From Pseudomonadales bacterium (GTDB lineage Bacteria > Pseudomonadota > Gammaproteobacteria > Pseudomonadales > Azotimanducaceae), in contig JANQJA010000011.1 of NCBI GenBank assembly GCA_028281885.1, forward strand, positions 129,200 to 193,199: DNA of 64,000 nucleotides, given 5' to 3'. The notes under the pieces are model-generated. The model ran no database searches, was not told the origin of the DNA, and saw nothing but the letters and a program-made list of their open reading frames with translations. The position numbers and the translations under genes were made by a program. Positions 1 through 9,824 of the stretch are shown here, in pieces (position 1 is the stretch's first letter; each line of letters opens with the position of its first letter).

Positions 1-2
1 GG

Positions 3-1322
3 CGCACCCTCACGGTTCGTCTGCCCGGTTCAGCCGCCGAACTGATCGCCCAGCCTCTCTCCGCGCCGGATGATGAAGTCGCGGTACTTAAGGTAAACGG
101 ATTATTTACCGTGCCGCTCGCGTTCAGTCGCGATTACGAAATAGGTCATCCCGTCTGGTCGGTTCATCGACTGGCGGGCGAGGGTGACTATCTGGTTTCG
201 TCGCAGGGCAGGCTCGCCAGCGTCGAGCAGTCAGGTAGTGTGGACTATCTCTTGCATTCTGCCGGGGTCGGCATCGACAACGCATCGATGGTCGTCAATG
301 AGTGTGGCCATGTTGTTGGCGTCAATATTGGCCAGCGGTTCCCGATCAGGACGCCCGCAGAGGACTCGCTGACCCGGGCGTTGGGCGTCGAGGGAGTGGC
401 GGCGGCAGCGGGGCGACACAATATCCGGCTGAATTATGTGGACGGCGGCTGTGTGTCAGCGATCGAACAGGCACGGGAAGAAGCGGCACGTGCTTCGGAA
501 CAGGCCCGGGTCGCCGTGCTGAATGCAGAGAGTGCTCAGGCCGTAGCCCGCGACCTGGAACAACGGTTATCAGCTTCCAATCAGCGAAATGAGGGACTGG
601 TGCAGCAGACCGAACTGGCCCGGGCCCGTGCGGAGCAGGCAATGGCCGCCGCGGAACTGGCGCGTCGCGATGCGGATGAGACGCGGCTGGAACTGGAGCG
701 TCGCACGGCGACGATCAAGGCCGAAACCGGGGCGCTGATGCAATCGCTGGAACGGGATCGCCGCGCGGCCGAAGAACGTTATCGCGAGGCATTGGATGAG
801 CAGCAACAGGCTGCGTTGAGTCGGGAGCGACTCTGGCTCGCCTTTTCGCTGGTTGCGCTGGTGGTCATCGTGACGATCGGGTTGTTGCTGTGGCGTCGCA
901 CTTCGACACAAAAACTGCCGCTCCCAGTGCTTAGACCGGGTCGAAGCGATGCGGCAGACCCTGACCCCGATACGGTGATGCACAACGAGTCTCTGGTTGA
1001 GTATGTGCTCGACGGACGGGACGAAGACGGGATTCGCTATCTGCTCAGGATTTCCGGTGATCAGATGAAGAACGGCGAGGGGATCATCATTGGCCGAAAT
1101 CCGCAGGACTCTCCCTACATCATCAATCATGCCGACGTGTCCCGAAAGCACGCCCGGATGCGGGTTATGAAAAACCGGGTATTCATCGAGGATTTAGGTT
1201 CCACCAACGGAACCTCGGTGAATGGTCAGTCGATCGACGACAAGGGACCGGTCTCGGTGGACAACGGTGACCAGATCATCATCGGCTCGGTGGTGATGAA
1301 ACTGAGAGTCCTGGACGCCTGA
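3..1322 (+). CDS. Membrane protein with N-terminal trypsin-like domain, coiled coil, one TM helix and C-terminal FHA domain; N-terminus lies outside the window
   Basis: Frame 3 is open from base 3 with no stop, so the ORF-track start at 111 is internal. DEVAVLKV and GHVVGVNIG resemble trypsin-like peptidase strands. There is an Ala/Arg/Glu-rich coiled-coil stretch and a TM helix LWLAFSLVALVVIVTIGLLLW. The FHA signature is IIIGRNPQ...VSRKHARM...DLGSTNGTSVNG. Confidence 0.75.
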   Translation, partial: RTLTVRLPGSAAELIAQPLSAPDDEVAVLKVNGLFTVPLAFSRDYEIGHPVWSVHRLAGEGDYLVSSQGRLASVEQSGSVDYLLHSAGVGIDNASMVVNECGHVVGVNIGQRFPIRTPAEDSLTRALGVEGVAAAAGRHNIRLNYVDGGCVSAIEQAREEAARASEQARVAVLNAESAQAVARDLEQRLSASNQRNEGLVQQTELARARAEQAMAAAELARRDADETRLELERRTATIKAETGALMQSLERDRRAAEERYREALDEQQQAALSRERLWLAFSLVALVVIVTIGLLLWRRTSTQKLPLPVLRPGRSDAADPDPDTVMHNESLVEYVLDGRDEDGIRYLLRISGDQMKNGEGIIIGRNPQDSPYIINHADVSRKHARMRVMKNRVFIEDLGSTNGTSVNGQSIDDKGPVSVDNGDQIIIGSVVMKLRVLDA

Positions 1323-1502
1323 GACCCCTACAAATGGGGGCTCGATCTGTTAATATCGCGTAAATTCGTCGAGGGGAAACAGCTCGCGTACTCGTCGTGA
1401 GCCACTTTTTTTGCCAGTTACTTTCAATCTAGTCCGGCTTGGGCGTACGGGTTCATTGCTGGACCGCGTCCTTGGATGTAACCGGACGGGAGCATGCATC
1501 AT

Positions 1503-3368
1503 ATGTCAGTTGTCGAAGAAATCAGTCAGGATTCTAATGCCCGGACTGTAGAGTCGGTCGTTGTGCGTTTCGCCGGTGATTCCGGCGACGGTATGCAACT
1601 TACCGGCACCAATTTTACCGAAGCGACCGCAATCTACGGTAATGACCTGGCGACATTTCCTGACTTTCCTGCCGAGATTCGCGCGCCGGCCGGGGCTACC
1701 TTCGGCGTCTCGGCATTCCAGATCTACTTTGGTTCTGAAGACGTTACCACGGCCGGTGACGATGTCGACGTATTGGTGGCAATGAATCCGGCGGCGCTGA
1801 TTACCAACCTGAAGGATCTGGTGGAAGGCGGGCTGGTCATCGTCGATGCCGATGCATTCACCGACAAGAATATGGCGCGCGCGGGCTACGAGAAGAACCC
1901 GCTCGAAGACGGTTCCCTTGATCGCTATCGCGTGCTGTCGATCGAAATTACCAAGCGGGTGCTGGAAGCCGTCAAGCCTTACGACCTGACCCACAAGTTC
2001 GCGGTGCGTTGTAAGAACATGTGGACCCTTGGTCTGGTGATGTGGCTGTTTGAGCGCAGCCGCGATGCGGCGATCGCAGGACTTGAAAGCAAGTTCGCCA
2101 ACCGGCCCGAGATCAGGGATGCCAACATCGCTGCCCTGAATGCGGGCCACGCCTATGGCGAAACCACCGAGTTGCCCACCGGCGTGCAGGTCTACAGCGT
2201 GCCACGTGCGGAGGTGCCGCCGGGATTGTATCGAAACACGACCGGCACCGAGGCGCTGGCGTTTGGTCTTATTGCTGGCAGTCAGCTTGCCAGCGTGCCG
2301 CTGGCTTTTGCGTCTTATCCGATTACGCCGGCCTCAAGCCTGTTGCACTCCCTGGCGAGCCATAAAGAGTTTGATGTCATGACCTTTCAGGCGGAAGACG
2401 AGATCGCGGCGGCCTGCGCGGCGATTGGTGCTTCCTTTGCTGGCGCGCTGGGCGTGACATCCAGTTCCGGGCCGGGTATCGCCCTAAAAGGTGAAGCCAT
2501 TGCGCTGGCTGCCGCCACCGAGCTGCCGCTGGTTATCGTCAACACCCAGCGCGGCGGACCATCGACGGGTCTGCCGACCAAGACAGAGCAGTCGGACCTC
2601 AATCAGGCATTGTTTGGTCGTCATGCGGACACCAGCCTTCCGGTGATCGCGTCCTGTACCTCCGCGGACTGTTTCGATGTTGCCATCGAAGCTGTGCGCA
2701 TCGCGACCAAGTACCGCGTACCGGTGATGCTGCTCAGTGATGGTTACATGGCGAATGCATCGGAACCCTGGCACGTACCGGATATGGGCGACTACGAGCC
2801 GTTCCCGGTGGCCTATGAAACGCAGCCGGATGGTTTTAGTCCCGCCAACCGCGATCCCGAGACACTGGCCCGGGTCTGGGCGAAGCCGGGTACGCCGGGT
2901 CTGGAGCACCGAATTGGCGGTATCGAAAAGAGCTATGAAACCGGTGACATCTCCTATGAACCGGAAAATCACCAGAAGATGACCGACGTCCGCAAGGCCA
3001 AGGTCGACGGCATTGCCCGCGATATTCCTGAACAGACAGTCGCGATGGGCGACAGCTCGGGCAAGCTGGCCGTGGTCGGCTGGGGTTCGACCTTCGGTGC
3101 AATTCACCAGGCGGTCAAGCGATGTCGTCGCGAAGGTATGGATGTTTCTCACATCCATATCCGTCATCTCTGGCCGCTGCCGCCGAACCTGGCGTCGCTG
3201 CTTTCCGGATATGACGCCGTGCTTGTGCCGGAGATGAACACGGGCCAACTGGTCAAGGTGTTGCGAGCAGAGTTCCTGATCGATGCGAAACCATTGAACA
3301 AAGTTTCCGGACAACCCTTCAAGATTCGAGAAATTGTCGATGCCATCAAGGCATCGCTGGAGTCATAG
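1503..3368 (+). CDS. korA: 2-oxoglutarate/2-oxoacid:ferredoxin (acceptor) oxidoreductase, alpha subunit
   Basis: About 620 aa. VVRFAGDSGDGMQLTG near the N-terminus and YPITPAS centrally are typical of two-subunit KorAB enzymes. The beta subunit follows 3 nt later. ATG 1503 is preferred over ATG 1494 because GGGAG (1488-1492) is only 1 nt from 1494. Confidence 0.85.
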   Translation: MSVVEEISQDSNARTVESVVVRFAGDSGDGMQLTGTNFTEATAIYGNDLATFPDFPAEIRAPAGATFGVSAFQIYFGSEDVTTAGDDVDVLVAMNPAALITNLKDLVEGGLVIVDADAFTDKNMARAGYEKNPLEDGSLDRYRVLSIEITKRVLEAVKPYDLTHKFAVRCKNMWTLGLVMWLFERSRDAAIAGLESKFANRPEIRDANIAALNAGHAYGETTELPTGVQVYSVPRAEVPPGLYRNTTGTEALAFGLIAGSQLASVPLAFASYPITPASSLLHSLASHKEFDVMTFQAEDEIAAACAAIGASFAGALGVTSSSGPGIALKGEAIALAAATELPLVIVNTQRGGPSTGLPTKTEQSDLNQALFGRHADTSLPVIASCTSADCFDVAIEAVRIATKYRVPVMLLSDGYMANASEPWHVPDMGDYEPFPVAYETQPDGFSPANRDPETLARVWAKPGTPGLEHRIGGIEKSYETGDISYEPENHQKMTDVRKAKVDGIARDIPEQTVAMGDSSGKLAVVGWGSTFGAIHQAVKRCRREGMDVSHIHIRHLWPLPPNLASLLSGYDAVLVPEMNTGQLVKVLRAEFLIDAKPLNKVSGQPFKIREIVDAIKASLES

Positions 3369-3371
3369 ACG

Positions 3372-4388
3372 ATGAATGCGCCTGCCAAACTGACGATCAA
3401 GGATTTCGAGACAGACCAGGAAGTTCGCTGGTGTCCGGGCTGCGGTGATTACGCCATCCTGAAGGCTGTACAGAAGCTGATGCCGGAACTGGATGTGCCG
3501 AAGGAGAACTTCGTTTTCATCTCCGGCATTGGCTGTTCATCCCGCTTTCCCTATTACATGGAGACCTTCGGGTTCCATACGATTCACGGCCGTGCGCCGG
3601 CGATCGCCAGTGGTGTCAAGCTCGCTAATCCGGAACTGGATGTCTGGGTCATTACCGGCGATGGTGACGGGCTCAGTATCGGTGGCAATCACATGATGCA
3701 TGTGCTCCGCCGCAACGTTGACCTGCAGATTCTGCTGTTCAACAACGAAATCTATGGTCTGACCAAAGGCCAGTACTCGCCCACCTCCAAGGTGGGAACG
3801 CGTTCGCCATCGACGCCTGACGGATCGGTGGATCTGCCGCTTTCTCCGTGCCAGTTCGCGCTCGGCTCCGGGGCACGATTCGTTGCCCGTTCCATCGATA
3901 CGGAAATGAAACATCTGACCGAGATGTTGACGCGGGCGCACGATCATCGTGGTGCTTCCTTCGTGGAGATTTACCAGAATTGTCCTGTCTACAACGACGG
4001 TGTGTTCGAAGCGGTCAAGAATAAAAAGAACGCGCCGGAAACACGGCTTGTTCTGGAGCATGGCAACCCGATGCGTTTCGGTCAGAATAATGACAAGGGT
4101 CTGATGCTTGATCCCAGGACGCTGAAGCTGAGTGTCGTGACACTGGGCGAGGATGGTGTCGAGGAAGAAGACCTGCTGGTACATGATGAAACCAACAAGG
4201 TGATCGCACAGATGCTGGCGGACCTGCGCGGCCCTGATTTCCCGACGCCGTTCGGCGTGCTGTACAACGCGCCGGCGCCTGCCTATGTAGCTGATGTTTA
4301 CGAGCAACGGATTGCGGTTCGTGAAAAGAAGGGCAGGGCGGATTTGAACGCGCTGCTTCGCAGCGGGCAGACCTGGACTGTCGAATAG
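3372..4388 (+). CDS. korB: 2-oxoglutarate/2-oxoacid:ferredoxin oxidoreductase, beta (TPP-binding) subunit
   Basis: WCPGCGDYAIL, GIGCSSRFPYY and the TPP-binding GDGDGLSIGGNH motifs. GGAG lies 9 nt upstream of the ATG. Confidence 0.88.
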   Translation: MNAPAKLTIKDFETDQEVRWCPGCGDYAILKAVQKLMPELDVPKENFVFISGIGCSSRFPYYMETFGFHTIHGRAPAIASGVKLANPELDVWVITGDGDGLSIGGNHMMHVLRRNVDLQILLFNNEIYGLTKGQYSPTSKVGTRSPSTPDGSVDLPLSPCQFALGSGARFVARSIDTEMKHLTEMLTRAHDHRGASFVEIYQNCPVYNDGVFEAVKNKKNAPETRLVLEHGNPMRFGQNNDKGLMLDPRTLKLSVVTLGEDGVEEEDLLVHDETNKVIAQMLADLRGPDFPTPFGVLYNAPAPAYVADVYEQRIAVREKKGRADLNALLRSGQTWTVE

Positions 4389-4405
4389 TCAAATCCTTGT
4401 CGATG

Positions 4406-4428
4406 TACTGCAGGCCCCTCCTGCAGTA
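4406..4428 (+). terminator. Hairpin downstream of korB (possible terminator; no U-tract)
   Basis: tactgcagg / cccct / cctgcagta forms a 9-bp perfect stem with a 5-nt loop, 18 nt after the korB stop. No T-run follows, so function is uncertain. Confidence 0.3.
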
Positions 4429-4482
4429 GCCATGACCTGGTGAAGCTGCTACTTTGCTGGCTTTCAAAAGCTTGGGGTTACG

Positions 4483-4956
4483 ATGGCACTTCCCAAAATC
4501 GGCAACATGGCACCGGCGTTTACCCTGAACAATCAGGATGGCAAGCCGGTCACGCTCAAAGATTTTCGCGACAACAAGATCGTCGTACTCTATTTCTATC
4601 CTAAGGCCATGACACCGGGTTGTACCACCCAGGCATGTGGCGTTCGCGACAACAAGGCAAAGTTATCGAGAGCCGGGGTCGTGGTGCTGGGGGTCAGCCC
4701 CGACCCGGTGGATCGTCTGCGCAAATTCCGGGAGAAAGAGAAACTGAATTTCGACCTCCTCTCAGATGAAGATCACAAGATCGCCGAAAAATATGGCGTC
4801 TGGGGGCTCAAGAAGTTTATGGGCCGTGAGTACATGGGTGTGAATCGGATGACTTTCATTATCGGTGCCGACGGTCGATTGAAGCACATCATGGAAAAGG
4901 TCAACACCAAGACCCATCATGAAGATGTGCTCGAGATGGTCAGGTCGCTCGGTTAA
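4483..4956 (+). CDS. bcp: Thioredoxin-dependent thiol peroxidase (peroxiredoxin Bcp)
   Basis: 157 aa. The YFYPKAMTPGCTTQAC active-site motif and overall length match Bcp/PrxQ. Confidence 0.9.
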   Translation: MALPKIGNMAPAFTLNNQDGKPVTLKDFRDNKIVVLYFYPKAMTPGCTTQACGVRDNKAKLSRAGVVVLGVSPDPVDRLRKFREKEKLNFDLLSDEDHKIAEKYGVWGLKKFMGREYMGVNRMTFIIGADGRLKHIMEKVNTKTHHEDVLEMVRSLG

Positions 4957-4981
4957 CCAAACGGATCAATAACCGCGCGGT

Positions 4982-5536
4982 CTAGCGATCCTGTTCCAGC
5001 GATCTCAGCGCGTTGGCAATCTCAGATACGTGGTCGTCGGGCTGACGGATGGCGTTCAGGGCGGATTCAAGATTGAACAGGTACTCCCGGTTGGTACCGC
5101 TCGGACCGCGCGCGGTGCTGATCTGACTGGCGATTTCCGCTGGTCTGGCGGGACCAAGGTAGTTGGGATTCTCTTTCGTCGCGTGATAGACGAGTCCCTC
5201 GACTTCAATGCCTGAGGCCAGCATCACCGGGACTGCTCGTCTTTGATATCCACCCTTCTCGCGGAAATCGAGTTGGGCCATGACGATGGGCGCTTGCGCG
5301 GCGCTGATGCAGTAGGCAACGCCCCAACAGGATTCTCCGGGTGCGTCCACCAGGGTGACCACCCGGCCGGGTGCTTCGGGTACACCGCGATGGTCCGTGG
5401 AGCCCTGCCAGAAGCGGCGACCAAAATCGGAAATGAAGCCGGGTTCTCGTGCCTCAAAAGGGAAGTCTGCTCGCCAGATCAGCGAACCATAAGCGAAAAT
5501 CCAGGCATTTGGTGCGATATGCGCGCTAGCTGCCAA
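4982..5536 (-). CDS. ChaC-family gamma-glutamylcyclotransferase
   Basis: YGSLIW, RRFWQGSTDHRG, GRVVTL and EKGGY motifs of the ChaC family. Overlaps the upstream gene's stop by 11 nt. Confidence 0.8.
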   Translation of the reverse strand: MAASAHIAPNAWIFAYGSLIWRADFPFEAREPGFISDFGRRFWQGSTDHRGVPEAPGRVVTLVDAPGESCWGVAYCISAAQAPIVMAQLDFREKGGYQRRAVPVMLASGIEVEGLVYHATKENPNYLGPARPAEIASQISTARGPSGTNREYLFNLESALNAIRQPDDHVSEIANALRSLEQDR

Positions 5537-7901
5537 GGCGGTAGCGAAGCTTGACGACGAAGGTGTCTACGGCTGGTTGGGTCAGGGCATCGCGGAAGCT
5601 TCGTTCAAAGCCTTCACCCACTCCTCTTTCAATGTTTGATCCGCGGGTGTAAACCACGAACAGATCAGAGAGCGGGGCGATTTCCCAGCGATAACGTGCC
5701 TGGAAGGTCAGACGACTCACTGAGAAGTCTCTCGAACTGGTGGCTACCCGGGTATCTGTCATCAGAGCCCCATCCTGCACGGGTACCTGCCACCGGGCAT
5801 TTTCAAATGCCTTCAGGCCAGCCCACTGCATGGTGACTCTGAACTGCTGCCTGGCGCTGAGGAAGAAATCTGCTTCGACCTCGGGCCGCCAGAATTCAGC
5901 CTCGAAGGTCGTAAAATCCCGACCTGTCTTGTGAATAAGCCAGCCGTCACGCTTCTCGTATTCAAGTTCCAGTGCCAGTGAGAACCGGTCAGAGGGTCGC
6001 CAGTTGGCCTCGATCTCGTATTCATGAATCAGCCCGTCGATGGGTTCCTGCTCTGCGAAGACGCCAAATCCCAGCGACAGAGGTCGGGATTCGTCCGTTT
6101 CAAAGAAGATCCCCGTGTTGAGACGACCCTGGATTGGAAAAGCGCCATTGTCGTCGCTCGTGATGTCGTCCCATCTCGACGGAATGTAGCGCAGGCGAGT
6201 GTATATCGAGTGGTTGTTACGCAGTACCAGATCCTGCTCGAAGTTGTACACGCCCATGACGCGCTGACTGTTGCTGTTGTACATGCGAACGAGATTCATA
6301 TTGCGCGTGACCTCTTTAAAGAGGCCGGACCCGGGACTACGCAGCTCGAGCTCGTAAGACCCACCCATGATGTCATTGCGCCGAAGGAATCCCAGATCGT
6401 TGAGGTTAATCTGGTCATCGAAATAGTCGAGTTTGAAATCATGGGTGATCCCCCGTCGCGGGGAATAGCTGAGATCAACAAATCCGCCCACGCCCTCGAC
6501 ATCATCAACGTCACTCATGAGGAGTTGACCGTCGAGTGACCAGCTGCCGTCCTCCGTCAGTAGGTGAAAGTCGAGACCATGAGCCAGCGCGTCTTCCTGC
6601 GGATGGGCCACCATCGTTGACATCCAGCCAAGAGAGCGTCTGCCGCCGCCGCTGGTTTCCTCATAAAGAACGCGCGCGATGCCGAAGTCCCTGCCATCCT
6701 GTTCGACATCGTAGGGCAGGCCGTTCAGTTCCCCCCTGAGCAGGGTGTCGTCTTCAAACGCGCCGAGAAAACCGTATCGAAAACGCCCGTTCTGACCGGT
6801 GACTTTCGCGGCGCCGAGCAGTTCGCTGGGCTGATTTTTCTCAATATCCGATAGCTCGAATCCCGTGATCCCGACTGAGTGCGGCGGGCCGCCGATACGT
6901 CTGGTATTGACCAGGGTTGTCGGTGGCTGATTGCTGTTTCGGCGGCGCCTGGCGCGGGGTGTGGCAACAAAGATTTCGTTTCCTTCGAGGAAAAAGGCTC
7001 GTTTTTCCGGAAAGAAAGTCTCGAATGCGGATAGATTGACGACAACATTGTCAGATTCAACGTTGCCAAAATCCGGGTTGACCGTTGCCGTGAGCTGCAG
7101 GTTGGTCGAGGGGCGCCAGAAGATGTCGAACCCTGCCTTGTAGCCATTCTCACTTTCAGTACGGTCATAGGTGGTTGATGCGAACGGATAGAAGGTGAAC
7201 TGCTGTTTCGGGTTGATGTCCTCAACGGTAAATGGCTGTAATGCGGAAAGGAATACGGGCCGCGTGGGCGGCAGCGCCGGATATGCCCACTGCTCATTTC
7301 TTTGTGACAGATAACGATTAACGTAATAGCCCATTTGCCGCACGTTGCCGTCGCTCTCTGGCATGGACATCATCGACCAGGGCAGAAACATCTCCGCTGA
7401 CCAGCCGCCTTCGCCTTGCGCGGTGGCGCCTTTCCAGGGACCATCCCATCGATTAGAGAACTGCCGTTCAGGCAGGACGGTGCCATCGTTCAGTGTGTCT
7501 CCCAGATTGATGGTGAACCAATAGCCATAGAGTCCCTCGCCGCTTGGATCGATGGTGATGCCGAAACGGTCACGGGACAGGAACTTGTCGCGGGCACTCA
7601 GTCTGACAACCTGTGTTTCTTCCGGTTGCTCGTTCCAGGCACCGACATAAAGTCCGCGCTCGGTATAGAACATCATTTTTTTGGTTTGGAGATCAGTCTG
7701 TTCAAGTGTGTCTGGCCTGATTACAACCATGCCGTCACGGCTCTCGAGGTTTTTCCAGATTTCCTCGTCAAGTCGACCATCAATGGTGAGATTGAGGTCT
7801 TTTTCCGGAACTTGTGTTAATGCGATGGGCATCTGCGCCACGGCCGAATGAAAGGCCTGAAGCAGCAGTGGAAGTGCGAACGTAACGAGTCTCAGTTTCA
7901 A
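5526..7901 (-). CDS. Secreted CBM9-like / DUF5916-type large beta-rich protein (probable outer-membrane associated)
   Basis: Signal peptide MKLRLVTFALPLLLQAFHSAVA. N-terminal IDGRLDEEIW is a CBM9-like motif. The remaining ~600 aa are Tyr/Phe/Gly/Asp-rich with alternating beta-type sequence. Confidence 0.6.
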   Translation of the reverse strand: MKLRLVTFALPLLLQAFHSAVAQMPIALTQVPEKDLNLTIDGRLDEEIWKNLESRDGMVVIRPDTLEQTDLQTKKMMFYTERGLYVGAWNEQPEETQVVRLSARDKFLSRDRFGITIDPSGEGLYGYWFTINLGDTLNDGTVLPERQFSNRWDGPWKGATAQGEGGWSAEMFLPWSMMSMPESDGNVRQMGYYVNRYLSQRNEQWAYPALPPTRPVFLSALQPFTVEDINPKQQFTFYPFASTTYDRTESENGYKAGFDIFWRPSTNLQLTATVNPDFGNVESDNVVVNLSAFETFFPEKRAFFLEGNEIFVATPRARRRRNSNQPPTTLVNTRRIGGPPHSVGITGFELSDIEKNQPSELLGAAKVTGQNGRFRYGFLGAFEDDTLLRGELNGLPYDVEQDGRDFGIARVLYEETSGGGRRSLGWMSTMVAHPQEDALAHGLDFHLLTEDGSWSLDGQLLMSDVDDVEGVGGFVDLSYSPRRGITHDFKLDYFDDQINLNDLGFLRRNDIMGGSYELELRSPGSGLFKEVTRNMNLVRMYNSNSQRVMGVYNFEQDLVLRNNHSIYTRLRYIPSRWDDITSDDNGAFPIQGRLNTGIFFETDESRPLSLGFGVFAEQEPIDGLIHEYEIEANWRPSDRFSLALELEYEKRDGWLIHKTGRDFTTFEAEFWRPEVEADFFLSARQQFRVTMQWAGLKAFENARWQVPVQDGALMTDTRVATSSRDFSVSRLTFQARYRWEIAPLSDLFVVYTRGSNIERGVGEGFERSFRDALTQPAVDTFVVKLRYRLGS

Positions 7902-8078
7902 CAGTTCGAGCCGCGCGACTTAACCATAATTAGTGGGAACAGGTGATCGTCGTCACGGGGGCCTTTAGCGCTAGGGCACGGGTGACAAGGGTTGAATTCT
8001 ACAGAACCGGCGTGTTGTGTGCCAATACGCGAGCGTTATGGAGTACCATTCACGTTCACTCAGAACGGGAGATTGCTC

Positions 8079-8894
8079 ATGTCGCTCAACCCTTCGAGTA
8101 CGGAAGAGTTGATTGTGGAAACGCATGGAAATGTTGCGGTTATATCACTCAATCGTCCCGACCGACTGAATGCAATCAGCCGTCCGATGTTGAATGAGCT
8201 GTCACGAAAGATGGTTGAGGCTGACAAGGACCCCGATGTGCGCTGCGTGGTGCTGACCGGTAAGGGCAGGGGATTCTGTTCAGGGCTTGACCTGGTCGAT
8301 GCTGACGGTGGCGGTATTGGCAGTCCCGAAGAGCGCAGTCAGCGGCGGCCGAGTCTGTTTGATCTGAGAGATGCCCCGCTGACGGTCATGTGGCGCATGG
8401 ATACGCCGGTGATCTGTGCCTTGAATGGTGCTGCCGCCGGGTATGGCATGGATATCACGCTGCTCTGCGACATGCGCATCGCTGCCGGCTCGGCGAAGAT
8501 GGCGGCAGTGACGGCGAAAAGAAATGTCGTACCGGAGTCGGGCGGCACCTGGCTTCTGCCGAGACTGATCGGATGGGGCAAGGCGGCGGAACTCTATTTT
8601 CGGGCCAGAACCATTGGCGCCGAGGAGTGTCTCGAACTCGGGCTCGTTAATGCTGTCGTGCCGGATGATCAGCTTATGGAGACGGCAATGACCTGGGCTC
8701 AGGAAGTCGCAGACAATGCGCCGCTTGCTGTCCAGACCACCAAGCGGATGATGCGCATGGGGATCGAGGAGTCCTATGAAACGGCCGTCGATCATCTGAT
8801 GGTTCATCTTGCCGGTATGTTCCGCAGCGAAGACTTCAAGGAAGGCGTGAGTGCGTTTCTTGAACGGCGCAAACCCAACTTTACCGGCCACTGA
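8079..8894 (+). CDS. Enoyl-CoA hydratase/isomerase (crotonase) family protein
   Basis: VAVISLNRPDRLNA, FCSGLDL and GAAAGYGMD crotonase motifs. ATG 8079 is preceded by GGGAG (8067-8071). The ORF-track start at 7992 adds an implausible Cys-rich leader. Confidence 0.85.
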   Translation: MSLNPSSTEELIVETHGNVAVISLNRPDRLNAISRPMLNELSRKMVEADKDPDVRCVVLTGKGRGFCSGLDLVDADGGGIGSPEERSQRRPSLFDLRDAPLTVMWRMDTPVICALNGAAAGYGMDITLLCDMRIAAGSAKMAAVTAKRNVVPESGGTWLLPRLIGWGKAAELYFRARTIGAEECLELGLVNAVVPDDQLMETAMTWAQEVADNAPLAVQTTKRMMRMGIEESYETAVDHLMVHLAGMFRSEDFKEGVSAFLERRKPNFTGH

Positions 8895-8899
8895 TTCCG

Positions 8900-9304
8900 G
8901 TGATTTGTGAGATTGAGGTGGAGGTGCCAGGCGCCGGTCTTCATGACATCACGCACCGGATCACCGAGGCTGTTTCCCAGGCGGATATCACAGAAGGGCT
9001 CTGCACGCTGTTCATCCAGCATACGTCGGCGAGTCTGTTGATTCAGGAAAACTACGACCCTTCAGCGCGTGCTGATCTTGAGCGATGGTTGAATCGCCTG
9101 GTGCCAGAAGGCGATGACATCTATACACATACACTGGAAGGACCTGATGACATGCCGGCGCACATCAAGTCTGCCCTGACAGCAACCAGCGTTGCGGTAC
9201 CGGTGCTGGACCGCAAACTCGCGCTGGGTAACTGGCAGGGAATTTTTATCTGGGAACATCGTCACCGACCCCATCGCCGCCGAGTCATCATTCATTTGAA
9301 TTAA
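8900..9304 (+). CDS. yjbQ: YjbQ/UPF0047 family protein (secondary thiamine-phosphate synthase-type)
   Basis: 134 aa. HTSASLLIQENYDP, EGPDDMPAHIKSAL and LGNWQGIFIWEHR are characteristic of the YjbQ family. Confidence 0.8.
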   Translation: MICEIEVEVPGAGLHDITHRITEAVSQADITEGLCTLFIQHTSASLLIQENYDPSARADLERWLNRLVPEGDDIYTHTLEGPDDMPAHIKSALTATSVAVPVLDRKLALGNWQGIFIWEHRHRPHRRRVIIHLN

Positions 9305-9398
9305 CACGCACCTTGATGTTGCTGGCATCGATTGTGTGGTTTTGCTAGCCTTCGGAAGTTTTTTTAGCGGTCTATTCTTAAAGAGGGAGCAACATCGC

Positions 9399-9824
9399 GT
9401 GGCTTACGACAAACCTATTCCAACGCCCAGTGCGCTGACCCAACCATTCTGGGATGGCGCCAGGGAAGGCAAACTCATGTTGCCAAGATGCACGAACTGT
9501 AATCGTGTTCACTGGTATCCAAGGCACCTTTGTCCGTTTTGCCATCACGATGTGATCGAATGGTTCGAAGCGAGTGGACAAGGCAGGCTGCATACCTATG
9601 CGGTACAGCACCGCGCGTTTGGTGGCTGGGCCAAGGAAGTTCCCTTTGTGACCTGCTACATCGATCTGAACGAAGGCGACCGGATGATGGGTGTACTTCG
9701 TGGCGTGGATGGCAAGAAGCCCGAAAGCATCAAGATCGGTTCTCTTTGCCAGATCGAGTTCGACCAAGCCAATGAGGATGTTCATATTCCCTTTTGGCGG
9801 GTGGTAGAGGAGGCGTCGTCATGA
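9399..9824 (+). CDS. Zn-ribbon/OB-fold protein (DUF35 family), partner of the thiolase-like protein
   Basis: CxxC...CxxC zinc ribbon (CTNCNRVHWYPRHLCPFCHH) followed by an OB-fold-like region. In-frame GTG 9399 is preceded by AGGGAG (9384-9389). Its stop overlaps the next ATG (ATGA). Confidence 0.7.
   Translation: MAYDKPIPTPSALTQPFWDGAREGKLMLPRCTNCNRVHWYPRHLCPFCHHDVIEWFEASGQGRLHTYAVQHRAFGGWAKEVPFVTCYIDLNEGDRMMGVLRGVDGKKPESIKIGSLCQIEFDQANEDVHIPFWRVVEEASS

Noticed and set aside
570-4467. Long antisense or alternative-frame ORFs over the FHA and korAB genes (570-1151, 1506-2150, 2484-3314, 3537-4307, 4015-4467)
   Set aside because: These are shadow ORFs of high-G+C coding regions. The annotated frames carry FHA, KorA and KorB motifs, and these alternatives carry none.
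7992-8078. N-terminal extensions proposed by the longest-ORF track (7992, 9336, 9794, 13055, 21871, 32579, 55799, 57713, 59426, 18992)
   Set aside because: In each case an internal start with a better RBS, or a stop/start overlap with the upstream gene, removes an implausible leader and matches the usual N-terminus of the family. The shorter starts were used, at moderate confidence.
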